From Balanoglossus misakiensis (taxonomy: Eukaryota > Animalia > Hemichordata), in NCBI GenBank assembly GCA_040954595.2, contig CM082580.2, forward strand, positions 7,604,390-7,668,389: DNA of 64,000 bases. The letters run 5' to 3'. Position 1 is the stretch's first letter; every line of letters starts with the position of its first letter. The notes under the pieces were generated by a model that was given only the letters and a program-made list of their open reading frames with translations, did no database searches and was not told where the DNA came from. The position numbers were made by a program, and so were the translations under genes. Below, piece after piece: positions 1-12,588 of this stretch.

Positions 1-96
1 ATATATTTTTAAATGGTATGTTGTTGTACTAATTCAGCTAGAAAAGTAAGAAAATAAGAATTTGGCTATGGCTAAGGTGTCTCCTTTAAACCTCAC

Positions 97-3000
97 CTAT
101 CAAAACCGTCGCCGACTTTAGCTTCGACCACGCCGCTCTTCTTGTACTGCATATCGGCGCCGCTGATTTTCTGCCACGAGCCCTTGGCGGCTCTTCCCAT
201 CAGCAACACCTCCCCCGTGTTCCTGACGTTCTCCTTCTTCTTCTGCCTCTGGTCTCCCCCTCCCCTGGAGAAACTCCCCACGCCCGGTATGATCAGATCG
301 CTCGATTGCTGATGGTGGTGGGCGGTGGAGACGGGGTGCGCGGCGGTGTCGTCGCGGTGGTCCTCGTCGTCCTGTGCCACGAGATGCGTCGGCAGGCTGA
401 CCACCAGCGGTTTCTTGTGCTTCACGTTTCGCGAGTGTGAAAAGTGGAGCATGGGTGACGTGGCCACCAGGTGGCGCAGTGCCTCCCACTTGCTGCGCCG
501 GGAGTGCAGTTGGTGGGTGTCCGATGGTATGACCTGTACACGCCAAAGAGAAGATGGTGCATCTTAGATCTGGACCACTCATCACAACATTACACGAAAC
601 TTCACTTCCACACTATCTCAATTTTCATAATTGTACGTAGCTTGGTCAAAAGAAATTAAACTCCACATCCTTCAACGAACACATATTTTGGCGGTTCGTC
701 AAACATTCAAAAAATTGCAAGCGAGACAGAACGTATATTGCTCTCAGCAGAGGATTTCCCGCTCACTACCACACTCTGGACTGCATACCTGCATTGTAAC
801 GTCGGTCTGCATGCTCAGGTCATCCTTGGCGTACGTCAGAGCTACCCGAGGGTCGATTGACGACGTCACAGTCCCGCCTCTCTTCCCAACCGTGTGCCTG
901 TCCCGTACAACACGTCTCACAACCACGTAGGTTGAGAAAGTGTCCACTTTGACTTCGGCAAAAGTCAGTCCCTGTCAGAGAGAAACACATGTATAGAGGA
1001 TGTTTAATTCTGCGGGAATGAGGGCGAAAGCACAAACTTTGCATAATAAACCATGCCGACAGCTGTCGAAAAACCACGACAAATATACATATAGCTGCTG
1101 TTTTACTTTCAACACGTGCACTTACCTTAAATTCATCGTATGATCGCTCGGTGGCATTTGTCGGGATGACCTTCCAGTCCCCGCTCTGGTCTTTCGCTTT
1201 GACGACCACCTCGTATCCCGTGACGCGCGCCGACGGGGCGATGTACCGGATGCCGATGAGAGCGGACTTCTTCAGTTTCACATCCTGCGGCTCCATGGTG
1301 ACCACGTTGCTGAGCAGCTCCTCGTGCTCCCCCACCACGGTCTTGGCGAGACTCTCGTTCTCCTTGCACGTGATCGTGATCCCGTCGAAGGCGCCGTCGG
1401 GGCCGCGCACCACGCTCAGGATGTCGTCCTCGTGCGATTTGTACCTGTGCGCGAAGTGACAAAAGAACGTCAGATTTTGAAGTGCACAAAACGCCGACGG
1501 AAAATCTGGCCAATCAAGCCTTGGGCGATTTACGTGGTACATGTAATTACAAGTACTCGAGTACTTGCAAATACATGTATGTTGATGAGTTATTGCTTGA
1601 GTTATTTTTAACATTCTACAAATTAAAAATCCTGTGATATTTCTTTAATTAATTTTAAATCAATTTATTGGTTATTTGTAGACGAGTACTTATGCTTACT
1701 TCACCATTTTCCAACCTTTCGGGTTCTTCGTCGCCATTTCTTCGACGGCCTTACTCGACCTCTCCATGCACGTCTTCGCCTTTTCGGCGGCCTTTTCGGC
1801 ATTCTGGACGCACTTCGACAGTTTGCTCTCCGATTTCGTCACTTCCTCCGCGGTGGACCGCTCCGCCTTGATGACGGTGCTCAGGTCGTCGATGGCCCTG
1901 TCTATCGCCTCCGCCGACTTGGTCACCTCGCTGCCGGCCTTCTTCGTGTCCTGCGCGGCCTCCTCGGCGATCAGTATGGCGCGCCTTGCCTCGTCCGTGT
2001 CCCTCCCGCAGTCGTCCGATGCATGTTGAGTGTCCTTGGCCGACTGCTTGACGTCTCTGACAAGCTCCCTGGCCTCCCGGGCGACTCTCTTGGCCTCATC
2101 GATGAGCGAGCTGGTCGACTTGGAGGCGTTCTGTTTCTCGTACGTAGCGACGCGGTCGCTCTTCTCTCGCGTTTTGTGACGGGAGGATTTTATGACGTCT
2201 TTAGCATCGTCGGACAGTTTCTGCGTTTCTTCCATTTCTTCTTTCAGACTGCGGACGGTTTCCTTCAGCGTCTCCTTGTCTTCCTTCCGTGCGAGTTGGC
2301 TTTCCAGGGTCGATATTTTCTCCTCTAGTCTCGTCGCCTTCGTCTGGAGTTCGTCAGATTTGGCTTTGGCCGCCTGACCCGCCTCTGACACCTCCTGTTT
2401 GATAGCGTCGCCGTCCTCCATGTCCTCCGTCACCCTGGATACGGTCTCGTCCGCCTCCTTCGAGATCCCGTTTGCCTCCGCGATCTCTTCGTTTACGTGC
2501 TTTGCTAACCGCGAGGCGTTCTGCAGAGTGACGTTTGCGTCCTGTTTCGTTCTCTTGTCGTCGATCTGGTTGATGATCTTCTTCCCCGACGATTCGGCGT
2601 GCACGGCCCGGTCCTTCGCTTGGGTCGCCACGGTCCTGGTCTGTTCTATGGACTTACTCGCTCGCTCCAGGTGCTTCATGAGGTCTTCCAGACCAGCCTG
2701 GCCTTGGTACTTTTCTTCTATCTCCATGGCCGTGTCTTGAGTCTCCTCCGATGCCTTGATGACCGCCTTCTGCAGCTCCTTAGCCTCTCTGTTCACGACG
2801 TCGGCCTCTTTCAGCGTCGCGTCGACGTCCACGACCCCGCCGCTCTCCTCCTCCTCGTCCGGTGTCTCCGTCACTGTCATTCCGTGCAGAGTTTTGCTGT
2901 GCTCACTCGCGGCCGCGCGTTCCTTCTCTTCGGCGGCGATCTCGTTGGCTTTGACCAGCGTCTCCGTCGACTCGGTCGTGGCGTGAACAACGTCGTCCAC

Positions 3001-5858
3001 CAGAGATTTCGCCTCTTCGCCGAACTTCTTGCTTTCGTTCACCGCGGTCTGTTTGTCCACCAGTACTTTGCCGCGAGCGGACACGTCCTTGCTCTTGTTG
3101 GTGAGGGCGCGGGCTCTCTCCGCGGCGTCTTTCGCCGCCTTGATGGCTTCTTTGGTGTCGGCTAGAACGGACGAGATCTGGTCCAATTCCCCGTCCTCCT
3201 CTGTTTTCAGTTTCTCGATTTCTTCGGACTGGGTCTCCGCTTTGTCGGCTGCCGCCAGCACTTCCTCCGCCGCCGCCTGCGTGTCCTCGCTGAGTTTGCT
3301 CAGCTCCTGTTCCAGCGCGCTAGCTTCGTCCGTGTCGGCGCTGATCAACTCGGCTAGGCTCTTGGTCTCCGTCGACGCGGCCCTCGCCGCTTCGGCGTCT
3401 TTCTTGACGTTCTCGGCGACCTTCTTGGCTTCCTTCGCCGTCTTCCACGCCTTGTCCCTGGCCTTCTCCTCCTCCACGATTTCGATGACCCGCTTGCCGC
3501 TCTTCTCCGCCACTTTGGCGTGGGCCTTCGCCTCCTCCGAGTGCGTGACCACGTTCTCGCCGTGCGTCGCAACCTCCTCCTGCAGCTGCTGCACGGCCTC
3601 CACCGTGGACGACTTGTTGCCCACCAGCTGGGCGATCTTCTCCTGCGCCTTGTCGGCCGCGTCGGCCTCCTTCCTGGTCTCGATCGACGACTCGATGGCT
3701 TTGTCCAGCGCCGCGCGCGCCTCCTCCATCTTCGCCTCCACATCCGGGTTCTGTTTGCTGCTCTGCTTGGCCAGGCCGTCCGCCTTCTTCACAGTCTCTT
3801 TGGTCTTGTTCACCACCGCGTTGGTTTCCTCCGCTATCTTCTTAGATTTCTTGGCGGCCTTCTTCCCCTCGCCTTCAATCGACTCCTTCTGTGATTTCTG
3901 CGCTTCCTCCTTCTGCTTCTTCTCCTCCGCTATAGTCTCCTCCTGGGCCTTCTGTAGCTCCTTGATGGCAGCCGACAAGTTTGCTGACGTCATCTCCGTC
4001 TTCTTTGAGGCTTCCTTCGCCATGTCTGCAGTCTGTTTCGCCAGTTTCTCCGTCGCTTCCGCGTAGGCCATCAGATCGTCCATGACGTTTGCAGCTTTCC
4101 ACAGTCGAACCAAAACCAAATCTATATTTACCATGCAAAAAAAGACGATAAAACATATTTGACTAAAAAATGCCCGAGATACATGTAGCTTCATACACGT
4201 ACCAATCAAAGCTGTGAACAACTCGTTGCTGCATACAACTAGCCGTTCCCCAGGTTTTTTTTCCGTGTGCATAAATTAACCTATATGCTTCATGCTCTCA
4301 CGGTATTTTCATGATAATTACTAGTACATGTAATAGCCTGACTGTCTAATTATCTCGTGCAAGGTAATTGTAATTGGTTTTTAAAAAATATTGTCCTACT
4401 ATGGAGACGTCCCTTCCCCTTTTTCTAGTTTGCCAATATAGCATTGTGCGCTCAACTGAAGTTACTAGTAATAGGTCTGTTTTGATATCTTTACACGGTA
4501 AGTTACGCCCTCAAGATGTTTACAAACAGGTCAAACTCGGGACTTTGTTCGTGCGTGTCTCTTGATCCAACTGCCTTGAATTGCGACATGCTTGGACTTT
4601 TGCCAGACACTTCACAACGCTGAGAACTTGATATATAGCTGAACAACTCCCGCCAAAGCCATCAGATTTCACCGTTACGATAAAATGTGGCGTCCATTGC
4701 GGTACATTATGAGACGACTCGTTAAAACTTTATTTCGATTATACGCGCATATCTCCACGTCGCGGAAAATATGTCAAGTGTGTGGAGGGACTGAGAAGTT
4801 ATTGATTTGCGTAAAAGTTGACACAGTCAATTCGTGTTGGAAGTGAGACCAGCGGTGACTGTGAGTTCACTTGGACAGAAAGGGGGCTGGCGGATTTTGC
4901 GTGCTATACCTGACACGGCGCTGCCGACCAGTCTGAGAGGTCAGACTCACACTTGAAGTGCCTGCAGCAATTTCGAGACTTGACGCACCCCCTTTTTCCA
5001 ACCGCCAAAAACAACAATGTTATAGCGTGAGGGTGCTTACCGGTGCGTAACGTATTACCCAGGGTATCAGATTTTTTTTACCAAAGAGTGTCTTTCATTG
5101 CCTGCTTTTAACTCTATAAACACAGGTGCATTGATTAAACGGAGGTGTTTATAGAACATCGAGCACTGCGCAGGCGAGCGATACGAATGGCGCAGTAAAC
5201 ACTGCTGTTGCGATTGACTGGGTAGATAACCACGGAGCCCGTATATTGGTACTAAACTAACAATAAATCAATAATGGATTAATAATATGGCATCACGCTG
5301 TGATTACATTATAAAGGTTGGTTGGGTGAAGCCAAAAAAACACCCTCGCGAGCAAAAAATGGGTCTGGCGTTAAGATTGGTCATGGTTCAAGTTGATGTG
5401 ATTTCCGTGTGCTTATAGAGTCAATGAGAGTGACTTTTAAGTATTTGGTTAAGGATTAAGCCTGGCTTTGATTAAGCCCTACCCATGCCCACAAAATTAT
5501 GCTCCGTAAGACAAGAAACAGATTTTTTTTTACCATTGTTGATTTTCACGTGCGGAGGAACCAGTTTAATTCTCTTTCGAATAACAGCCGCGGCACCCGC
5601 CATCGCCTCGGGCAGAGACTTGATCCCGTCGGCGAGCGCTTCACAGATGTAACCGGCGATGTCCAACACCATTTTGGAATCACTGACGGTCTTCTGCAAG
5701 GGGGAGTCATCGTAGCTGTCGACCAGATGGTCGGCATTCTCCAACTGCTCCGTTTGCGAACGGAGAGCCTCGCAGTAGCTCTGCATCTTGCCGCAGCAGC
5801 CGATGTTGTCCCGCTGGTCCGGGTTCTGGTCGACCTGGTCTTTGGCAGTTGGCGCCAT
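97..5858 (-). CDS. DTHD1-like paralogue 1 (N-terminal domain + helical rod + ZU5-ZU5; UPA/death-domain exons presumably beyond the left edge). Coding exons 5858-5534, 4094-1700, 1444-1126, 971-789, 533-97
   Basis: GT-AG boundaries with compatible phases (1,2,0,0,2). The exons are homologous to paralogues 2 and 3, including an identical 183-nt exon. ZU5-like motifs LLSNVVTMEPQDVKLKKSALIGIRY and TSPMLHFSHSRNVKHKKPLVVSLP. A possible micro-exon 2 is unresolved. Confidence 0.8.
1700..4094 (-). CDS. Large single exon encoding the ~798-aa Ala/Glu/Lys-rich helical rod of paralogue 1
   Basis: ORF 1696..4272. Ends in EEMATKNPKGW followed by a GTAAGC donor. The DDCGRDTDEARRAI motif is shared with the paralogues. 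Confidence 0.85.
5534..5858 (-). CDS. First coding exon of paralogue 1 (RDNxxC N-terminal domain)
   Basis: Homologous to 25192-24871 and 27057-27375. Lengths are 325, 322 and 319 nt, all with phase-1 donors. Confidence 0.7.
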
Positions 5859-8021
5859 ATTTATTTTTATTTTTCCACGTTGCGTCTAACGCCAAGTCAC
5901 TTTGAGGTCACCTATCAAGGAAAAAACATGGAAGCCACTTTACTCTTCACCCATAAAAACACCACAAACAGTAAACGTTCAGCGTAAGAAATTGGTTGAA
6001 TATCGAACAAGTCTACGCAATACTTCAATTCGTCCCTCAATGAAGGATAGAGTGGGTGACATACGACTTACGTAGGGAGATATAGTTGCAGTATGTTTAT
6101 GTTTCGGTCGCGTATGCTGCTTTTCACCCAACAGGTGTTTATGATCATCAGTGGTGCGCCTACCAAACGACCATGAATACGCTTGTACTTAATCTCATAT
6201 GCACATTTCTGTCGCACTGGTCCTCTTAGGCGAAAAAGCTAGAATTACTGACACCTTGACCGGGGAGAAGTCTGCACACTTATTGCTAAATTGTTTGCAT
6301 TCACGTCTACGTGTATTCGCATGTGGACGCCCGTGCTCATATATATGCATGCGCGCAAGGGTGTGTGTACGATATGCACGCCCGAGTCACCGATGTATGA
6401 ATAATGATCAGTCAAAATTAAATATAGACCGATTATATGGTGAAATGGCCAAATGTTTGGTCAAATATCGCCCACACGGCGAGCGGTCACTTAAAAGATC
6501 TGACATGTGAAGCATAAACATTCCATTCTTTTATCAACCCGACCCGAACAAAAACTCCACTGCGTCCAAAGGTCACGGGAGGTCACGATGCGATGTTTGG
6601 CACCTGCTGTAATGTCGGAATTATTATCACGGCCACTGATTTTGTAAAGAACGTCGTAGAATGGGGGCAGGGAAGCGGACTGTAGCTTTTCGATCAAGAC
6701 CGAGCCTTTCTGGGCCATTCCCTTGGGGCGTAGTTAGGAAAAGTTACTCGGAAAATACATTGGCAAATCATCCGTGGCCGGGAGATCGAAATCCTCATGT
6801 GAATATGGTTGTCATGGCGATGTTGTACGTGTTGGAGCCCAATGCGTGAATGATGGGTCAAAATACTGATTTCTCTGAGCAATACTTAGGTCTATGCATG
6901 CAATTGTCCAGAGCACCCACATCGTGACCTGCGCGACATAAACCATATTTCGGTTGGTGTTAAAGTTAATAAGTTTGAAATTACACGAACTGTGCGTGAG
7001 ACATGCCAAATGAAACGGCTTCACGAACCAGAATCAATACAGAAGTCTTAGTCTAGAAGTAAGTGTAAAAACAGAGTTCAGTTAATCCTAAGAGAATCTA
7101 AAACTCACCAGTGTCGGACAGGAGTGCGGATACCTGTTTCTCGTAAACACCACAGGAGACGCGTCCGATGACGCTTTTTGCAATGGCGCTCAGTGTGTAG
7201 GTATGGCAACTCCGTCTGAAACTATACATACAAACTGGGTCAGTGGTTGCCAAAACAAAATTGATTCGCCTGTCGGGCATGAGATTGGACCAAGCGATTA
7301 TCCCCGCTGGTAGGGTTGCCAAGGTGGGAGGAGTACGCGTGCGTAGTGGAGTAAACAAAAAGAAGTCAGGCACGACGATTTATGGTGGCCGGAGGTACAC
7401 ACACAACATGTACCTGGCCCTCACGACTTCTGTGGTGTTCGGTCAGCGTTTATAGTACGCCACCACTTGACATACTAGTATGCCGAGCTATAAAAAGTAT
7501 AATGAACAGCTACTCTCTCCGTTCGATACTCTAAAGTTGTAAAATGGTTGCATATGATCACGTGAGATTTGTACGAAAGAAGTGAAGTGCGACGTACAAG
7601 TATGCCGCCATGACCCGAAAACGAACCCGAACTTCAAGAAGTCTGATATTACAATGACGCGATGTCTAAACTAGGAGAATGGCTTCGTTGCCAGGATGTA
7701 GGAAGGTGGTTGTCGCGCTGGCACGACTTTGGTGGCGCACTACCGCGAATCACAACCACCTGTTGAACCAACAGCAGCTGACCTGCGGCGCACGAGATTA
7801 ATTTGCAAGACACTAACTCAGACGACCACACAGAGGTACTTCGCTTCGTGCTTATCACAGCCCAGATCCTTAATTTATCGTTAAACCCTAATCCCAAGGA
7901 AAAGCCGTTGTCGTCTTTTCTTGGAAATTTTCAAAAGACCAATAGCACGACTGGAAGCCCCAACTCAATTTTTTACCAAACATTTTTAATTTAACCACTA
8001 ACTGAAAAAATATTGGTGTCT

Positions 8022-8055
8022 GTTAGACCATAGACAGTACTGTCTATGGTTAGAC
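8022..8055. repeat. Perfect 20-bp palindrome CATAGACAGTACTGTCTATG flanked by a 7-bp direct repeat GTTAGAC (minimal MITE-like insertion)
   Basis: Read directly: gttagac|catagacagtactgtctatg|gttagac. Confidence 0.7.
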
Positions 8056-9385
8056 TGTGATTGACACTCGTTAACGTTTCATGCGTACAGTTCATTCTGC
8101 TAGTGATGGAGAATAATATGACAATACATTCCCCGCGTGGATGATTAATGCTCACTAAAATGTTGCATAATTATGTATGGATGGATAAACGTTGAAACAG
8201 TCGATACAGACAGATGTGCCGTTTGGATCGATAATTACAATGTCCTATCAAAAGACACCACCTGTTACACACGACTATAATATCATTGAGATGTACATGT
8301 ATTCTTTTACACGAATAACTCATTATAAACTAAGTACGTGTTGTCTATGTTTCACCGATATAGCTCTCTCCCATTAAAAACCTCAGTGTCATTTTTCTTT
8401 TCCTAGATATTACAGTAAGTTAGGATGCGTATATTGTGTTTTAAATAATAAAGAAAACAGTCGCATGTTTTAATTGAAAATAAGTTTAAGTGGAACTCAT
8501 TGTTCGGCAAAGTAATAAACTCTCTCTTGCAAAAATAATCGCAGTAACTGGGAAAGAGGTATCCTACATGTATATTAAAACAATATTGCCTTCATGTTTA
8601 TTTTAAGTAATGAATGGTAATATTATGTTCTAATAAACTGCTAAGTATCGTCTTTCTAAATTTATTTGGAAAATATTAGTTCGCTATTTTTATAGTATTA
8701 TGATGATATTTTCGTCGTATCAGCTTGCGGAAAGCGGCCCAGCGTGACGTGGCAGCTTGAACGATTTGAATGCGTTCATTGTCCCGGTATTTGGCGACTT
8801 TTTGTCACACATGTGTTTTTGTGGATAATACGAAAAACTCCCTCAGCGGTACCTCTGATTACTATAACATTGTATACCATATCCCACCGATACAGCGCTG
8901 TTTTCGTCTCTTCTATGAAAATACGCATGCAGGGGCATATCTCGGTCTGATAGCCAATACATTACGTGATTACATAATTCATGACAGATAGTTCTCACAA
9001 ACTCTTCTCTTATATTGGGTTTATGTCCGGTGGCCGGCGTTTACTATGACACACGTGTACCATATACTCAAATCGGGTGGGTGGGAGGGGGGGGGGTACA
9101 AACGCGCATGTGCAGTAATGACGGCGTCTATTGATTTGGGTCATCACCCAATCTGATTAAAACCAGACAACTACCTATAATACGTCACTTAGAGTGAATA
9201 TTCGGCATATCCATCCCGGTTTTGTTGAATAAAGCCCGCTTCCAATACCCACCCACAATAAATCGTCTCGTCCGCCAAGCTGTGCATCCACCAGCTCGGC
9301 AATATTTCGACCTTGTAATCATGTCACAGACAACTACCTGTGGTACACATCGGAGCACGACACACCGAGCACGGCAGGGCAAAAA

Positions 9386-11266
9386 ATGCGGTTAAAGAAA
9401 CTCCTACGGATAAGTGTCACTTTCGTCGTCTTCTATGCGTTCTTTTTCATCGGAATCCAACTTGGCAAGCTGCACGTGCTGCTATCGGAACGGGGCCAGT
9501 CACGTGACCTGCACAATCAGTGAGTATTACTAATCCGCCAGAACATCACCACAATTGAATATTCTCAATCGTTTGCATCATGGTTTCACATTCACGCGTT
9601 GTCATGGGCGATGGTAGAATCTCACCAGAGCACGCATGCCACTTTTGTGCGCGGCTACGTTTTACTAGAAAATGTAAAATTCTCCGGATGAACACCCCTT
9701 CACCACATGATTTATTGGAGTAACTGTATTTCATGTAAATCACAGGAATCATAAAATCACGTCCATCAAATTCTGCCTGGTGTGAAAAATCAAGCCACAT
9801 CAAATTCAAGTTCCCATTCAGAAATAAGCATCCCGGGTTTTATACGATTTGTCACGTGCGTTGGAGTCTGCTAAACGTGTTCACGTGCATGTGCGCCAGA
9901 GCCATAGTCGTTTATTTATAAAGAATATGTGCATAATCCTGTAAAATATTAGACTAAATCAAATGTTATAAAAAGGTGACAATAAATAAGACCAAGCCAG
10001 TCGAAATAAATTGACAATGACGTCATACATACATGTACCGTGATTCACAAAACCGTTGCACAAAAATTTTCTTCTTTTGCCAGAGACTTTGATGCTCTCC
10101 TTTGCAAGAACGGGGGTGTGGGTTGTCGAAATTCGGATGGGGACGAATCCGATGTAAACACGGACCAGCTGGAGGCCATTTTGCAGGCCTTGGAGTCATC
10201 CGACAACCCTGAAGATGACGTCACGCCGGTAAACTGTGCGATGGCCGAGGAACGAGAGTGTAAAGAAACGAGGAAGATCGTCTTCATCAAGACGCACAAG
10301 ACCGGAAGCACAACCGTGGCGTCGATAATCGAGCGTTTTGGGTACACCAGGGACTTGTCGTTCGTCGTGCCGCCGAACAGAAAATTCGGACCGCACATTT
10401 TGTCGTCAACGCAACATTTTAATCGGAAGATGTTGAAAAACTCCCCACCGCCTCTTCGTTTGGGGAAATATTACGATATGCTCACGAACCACGTCCGCTA
10501 TAATCGTCACGAGATGGACGCCGTCATCCCCAACGCTACTTACGTCACCATCATACGTCATCCCGTCAAGCACTTTGAATCCTCGTTCGCGTATTTTGGT
10601 TGGGATCGCATTGTTGAAAAGCTAGAGGGCGACGTCGATGACGCACTCGCTACCTTTATGGAATACCCTGCGAGATTTCTGAAGGAGAAATTCTACTTTT
10701 GGTGGCAAGCTCGCAGCGGACAGCTATTCGATCTCGGCCTTCCGCAGTCTAGGATAAACGATGAACAGGTAGTCGACGCCAAAATTCGTGCCTTGGACGA
10801 GGAGATGGGCATGGTTCTAATCAACGAATATTTCGACGAATCTTTGCTCGTCCTGAAAAAGCAACTGTGTTGGACGATGGAGGACATTATGTATATTCCA
10901 AACGCCATTCGGAGTCAACGATACAGGCGTGCCATATCGCAGGAATCCGCCGACGAAATCTTAGATTGGAACTGGGCGGATTACAAATTATACCAGCATT
11001 TCAACCGAACGCTGTGGCAAAAAATAGACAGCTACGGCCCTTGCTTCGCCGAGGATTTGAGGATATTTAGAGAAAGGCGGGGAAAAATAATGGGCGAATG
11101 CATTGTCAGTGGGCGGATGGACAGGAGAGACCCGAGGGAAACGAGATATGTGCTCAAACCGAACGCTTCAGAATTTTGCAGGAACTTATGGCGCGGTGAC
11201 GTCACTTTTACGACACTCTTGAGGAACAAACAATTGGCGGGAAGAATTCTGCGCCCTCCAGAATAA
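9386..11266 (+). CDS. GAL3ST: Galactose-3-O-sulfotransferase A (type II Golgi membrane protein, ~438 aa). Exons 9386-9519 and 10084-11266
   Basis: 5'-PAPS-binding loop FIKTHKTGSTT, 3'-PB motif YVTIIRHPVKHFESSFAY, and VLINEYFDESLLVLKKQLCW and WNWADYKLYQHFN. Exon 1 encodes a signal-anchor (MRLKKLLRISVTFVVFYAFFFIGIQLG) and has a phase-2 GTGAGT donor. Confidence 0.9.
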
Positions 11267-12588
11267 CCAGAAATGGTTACATTGGCGGTGGGTGGGGGTT
11301 GGGGGGGGGAGGGAGAAACACATTTTTTCAAGAAACATTTAAAGTCAACACATATATGTTTTCTATGCAATGCAATTACCGTGCCATAGGTTAATACATG
11401 CATATACCTATTTTCCCTCGCAATACAATACAAGGAATCGTGTTCAAGGGTGATATGCAAACCAACAGTTGATTGTCTGTTTTACTCGAGAAAAAAAGGC
11501 AGTTCCGTACACACACACACAACAGTTATGTTATTTACACCGTATAGAAATGCCCATGGGTGTGATATTCTGGCATTTAAGCACTTATATTAATTCTCTG
11601 TACACAGGTCTATTAAATAAAACATAATTTTTCATAAAATACAGAAGTGTGAACACCTTTTATCTCATATTTTTTTGGTTATTTGCACATCCGTTCTAAC
11701 GCCTGTCAAATAGGTACATATCATCCGACGGCAGACAACGCTGAATGGTATTTTATTTCAATTTGTAATAATTAAACTTATTACAATGCGTTTCATTTTA
11801 TAAACGATTTTTCTTGTAATGGAATGTTGCTATACTTGTCAGTCAGGCGGAACGTAATGTAATTTTTATCACGGCTAATTATTGCAATTAAACCCATCAT
11901 CATAACATATCGATCTCCCACATAATCATTTCCCGGTACATTCAATGAGAAACTATTGTACAAAATCCGTTATTTAGCTACATAATGACATCACTTAACG
12001 TCATTTTCTCTCTGTTGTTTTCTGTGATCATTTATATCGATGAGTTAATAGGTAGATTTCAAACTCCACGCCGAGACTGCTTTCAGTGTATTGGAAATGG
12101 TTGTAGCTGGTTAGGCGTCGAAATGAAATTTATGGACGTTCAATATATTGGGTCGTTCATAGTGGAGATTATTTTATGCTCTGTGTTACGTCATTGTATA
12201 ACAATACTGGATAATTTGATATTGTAAGAAGACCAGTTTAACATGTAACATGTGGTCTGTGCATCTTACAGGCAGTTGTTCGAAATATGCACCATGCCGA
12301 TGGTGTCCGTGGTTCTTTTAAAGTCTAGTTTGAGGGTGAATTATTTACTGACCATCTTTCGAGAGAGGAAAAATAATCCAGCAGACATACTATCTTTCTG
12401 TCTTGTTTGTAACACCTTAGGCTGCTTTTAATTATGCTAACTATAGCTGGTTCGGTTGCAAACCAGAACACCGCAAAGTACTCTGCAAACCCCTACCGAA
12501 AAGTAGCTTCGCCCAACAGTCCATGAACATGAAAATTCCCCCCAGATGACGTCGAGAGATGACCACCGACAGAAGTTACTGCAACTAG

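Noticed and set aside
1766-4066. Long Ser/Ala/Leu-rich plus-strand ORFs (also 20791-23308 +, 29064-30917 -, 13316-14233 -)
   Set aside because: These are antisense shadows of GC3-rich coding exons, with no independent motifs or splice signals.
1696-4272. Rod ORFs as myosin, laminin, chemoreceptor or bacterial surface proteins, or as horizontal transfer
   Set aside because: The similarity is only compositional. No diagnostic motifs are present, and the exons splice into ZU5 exons.
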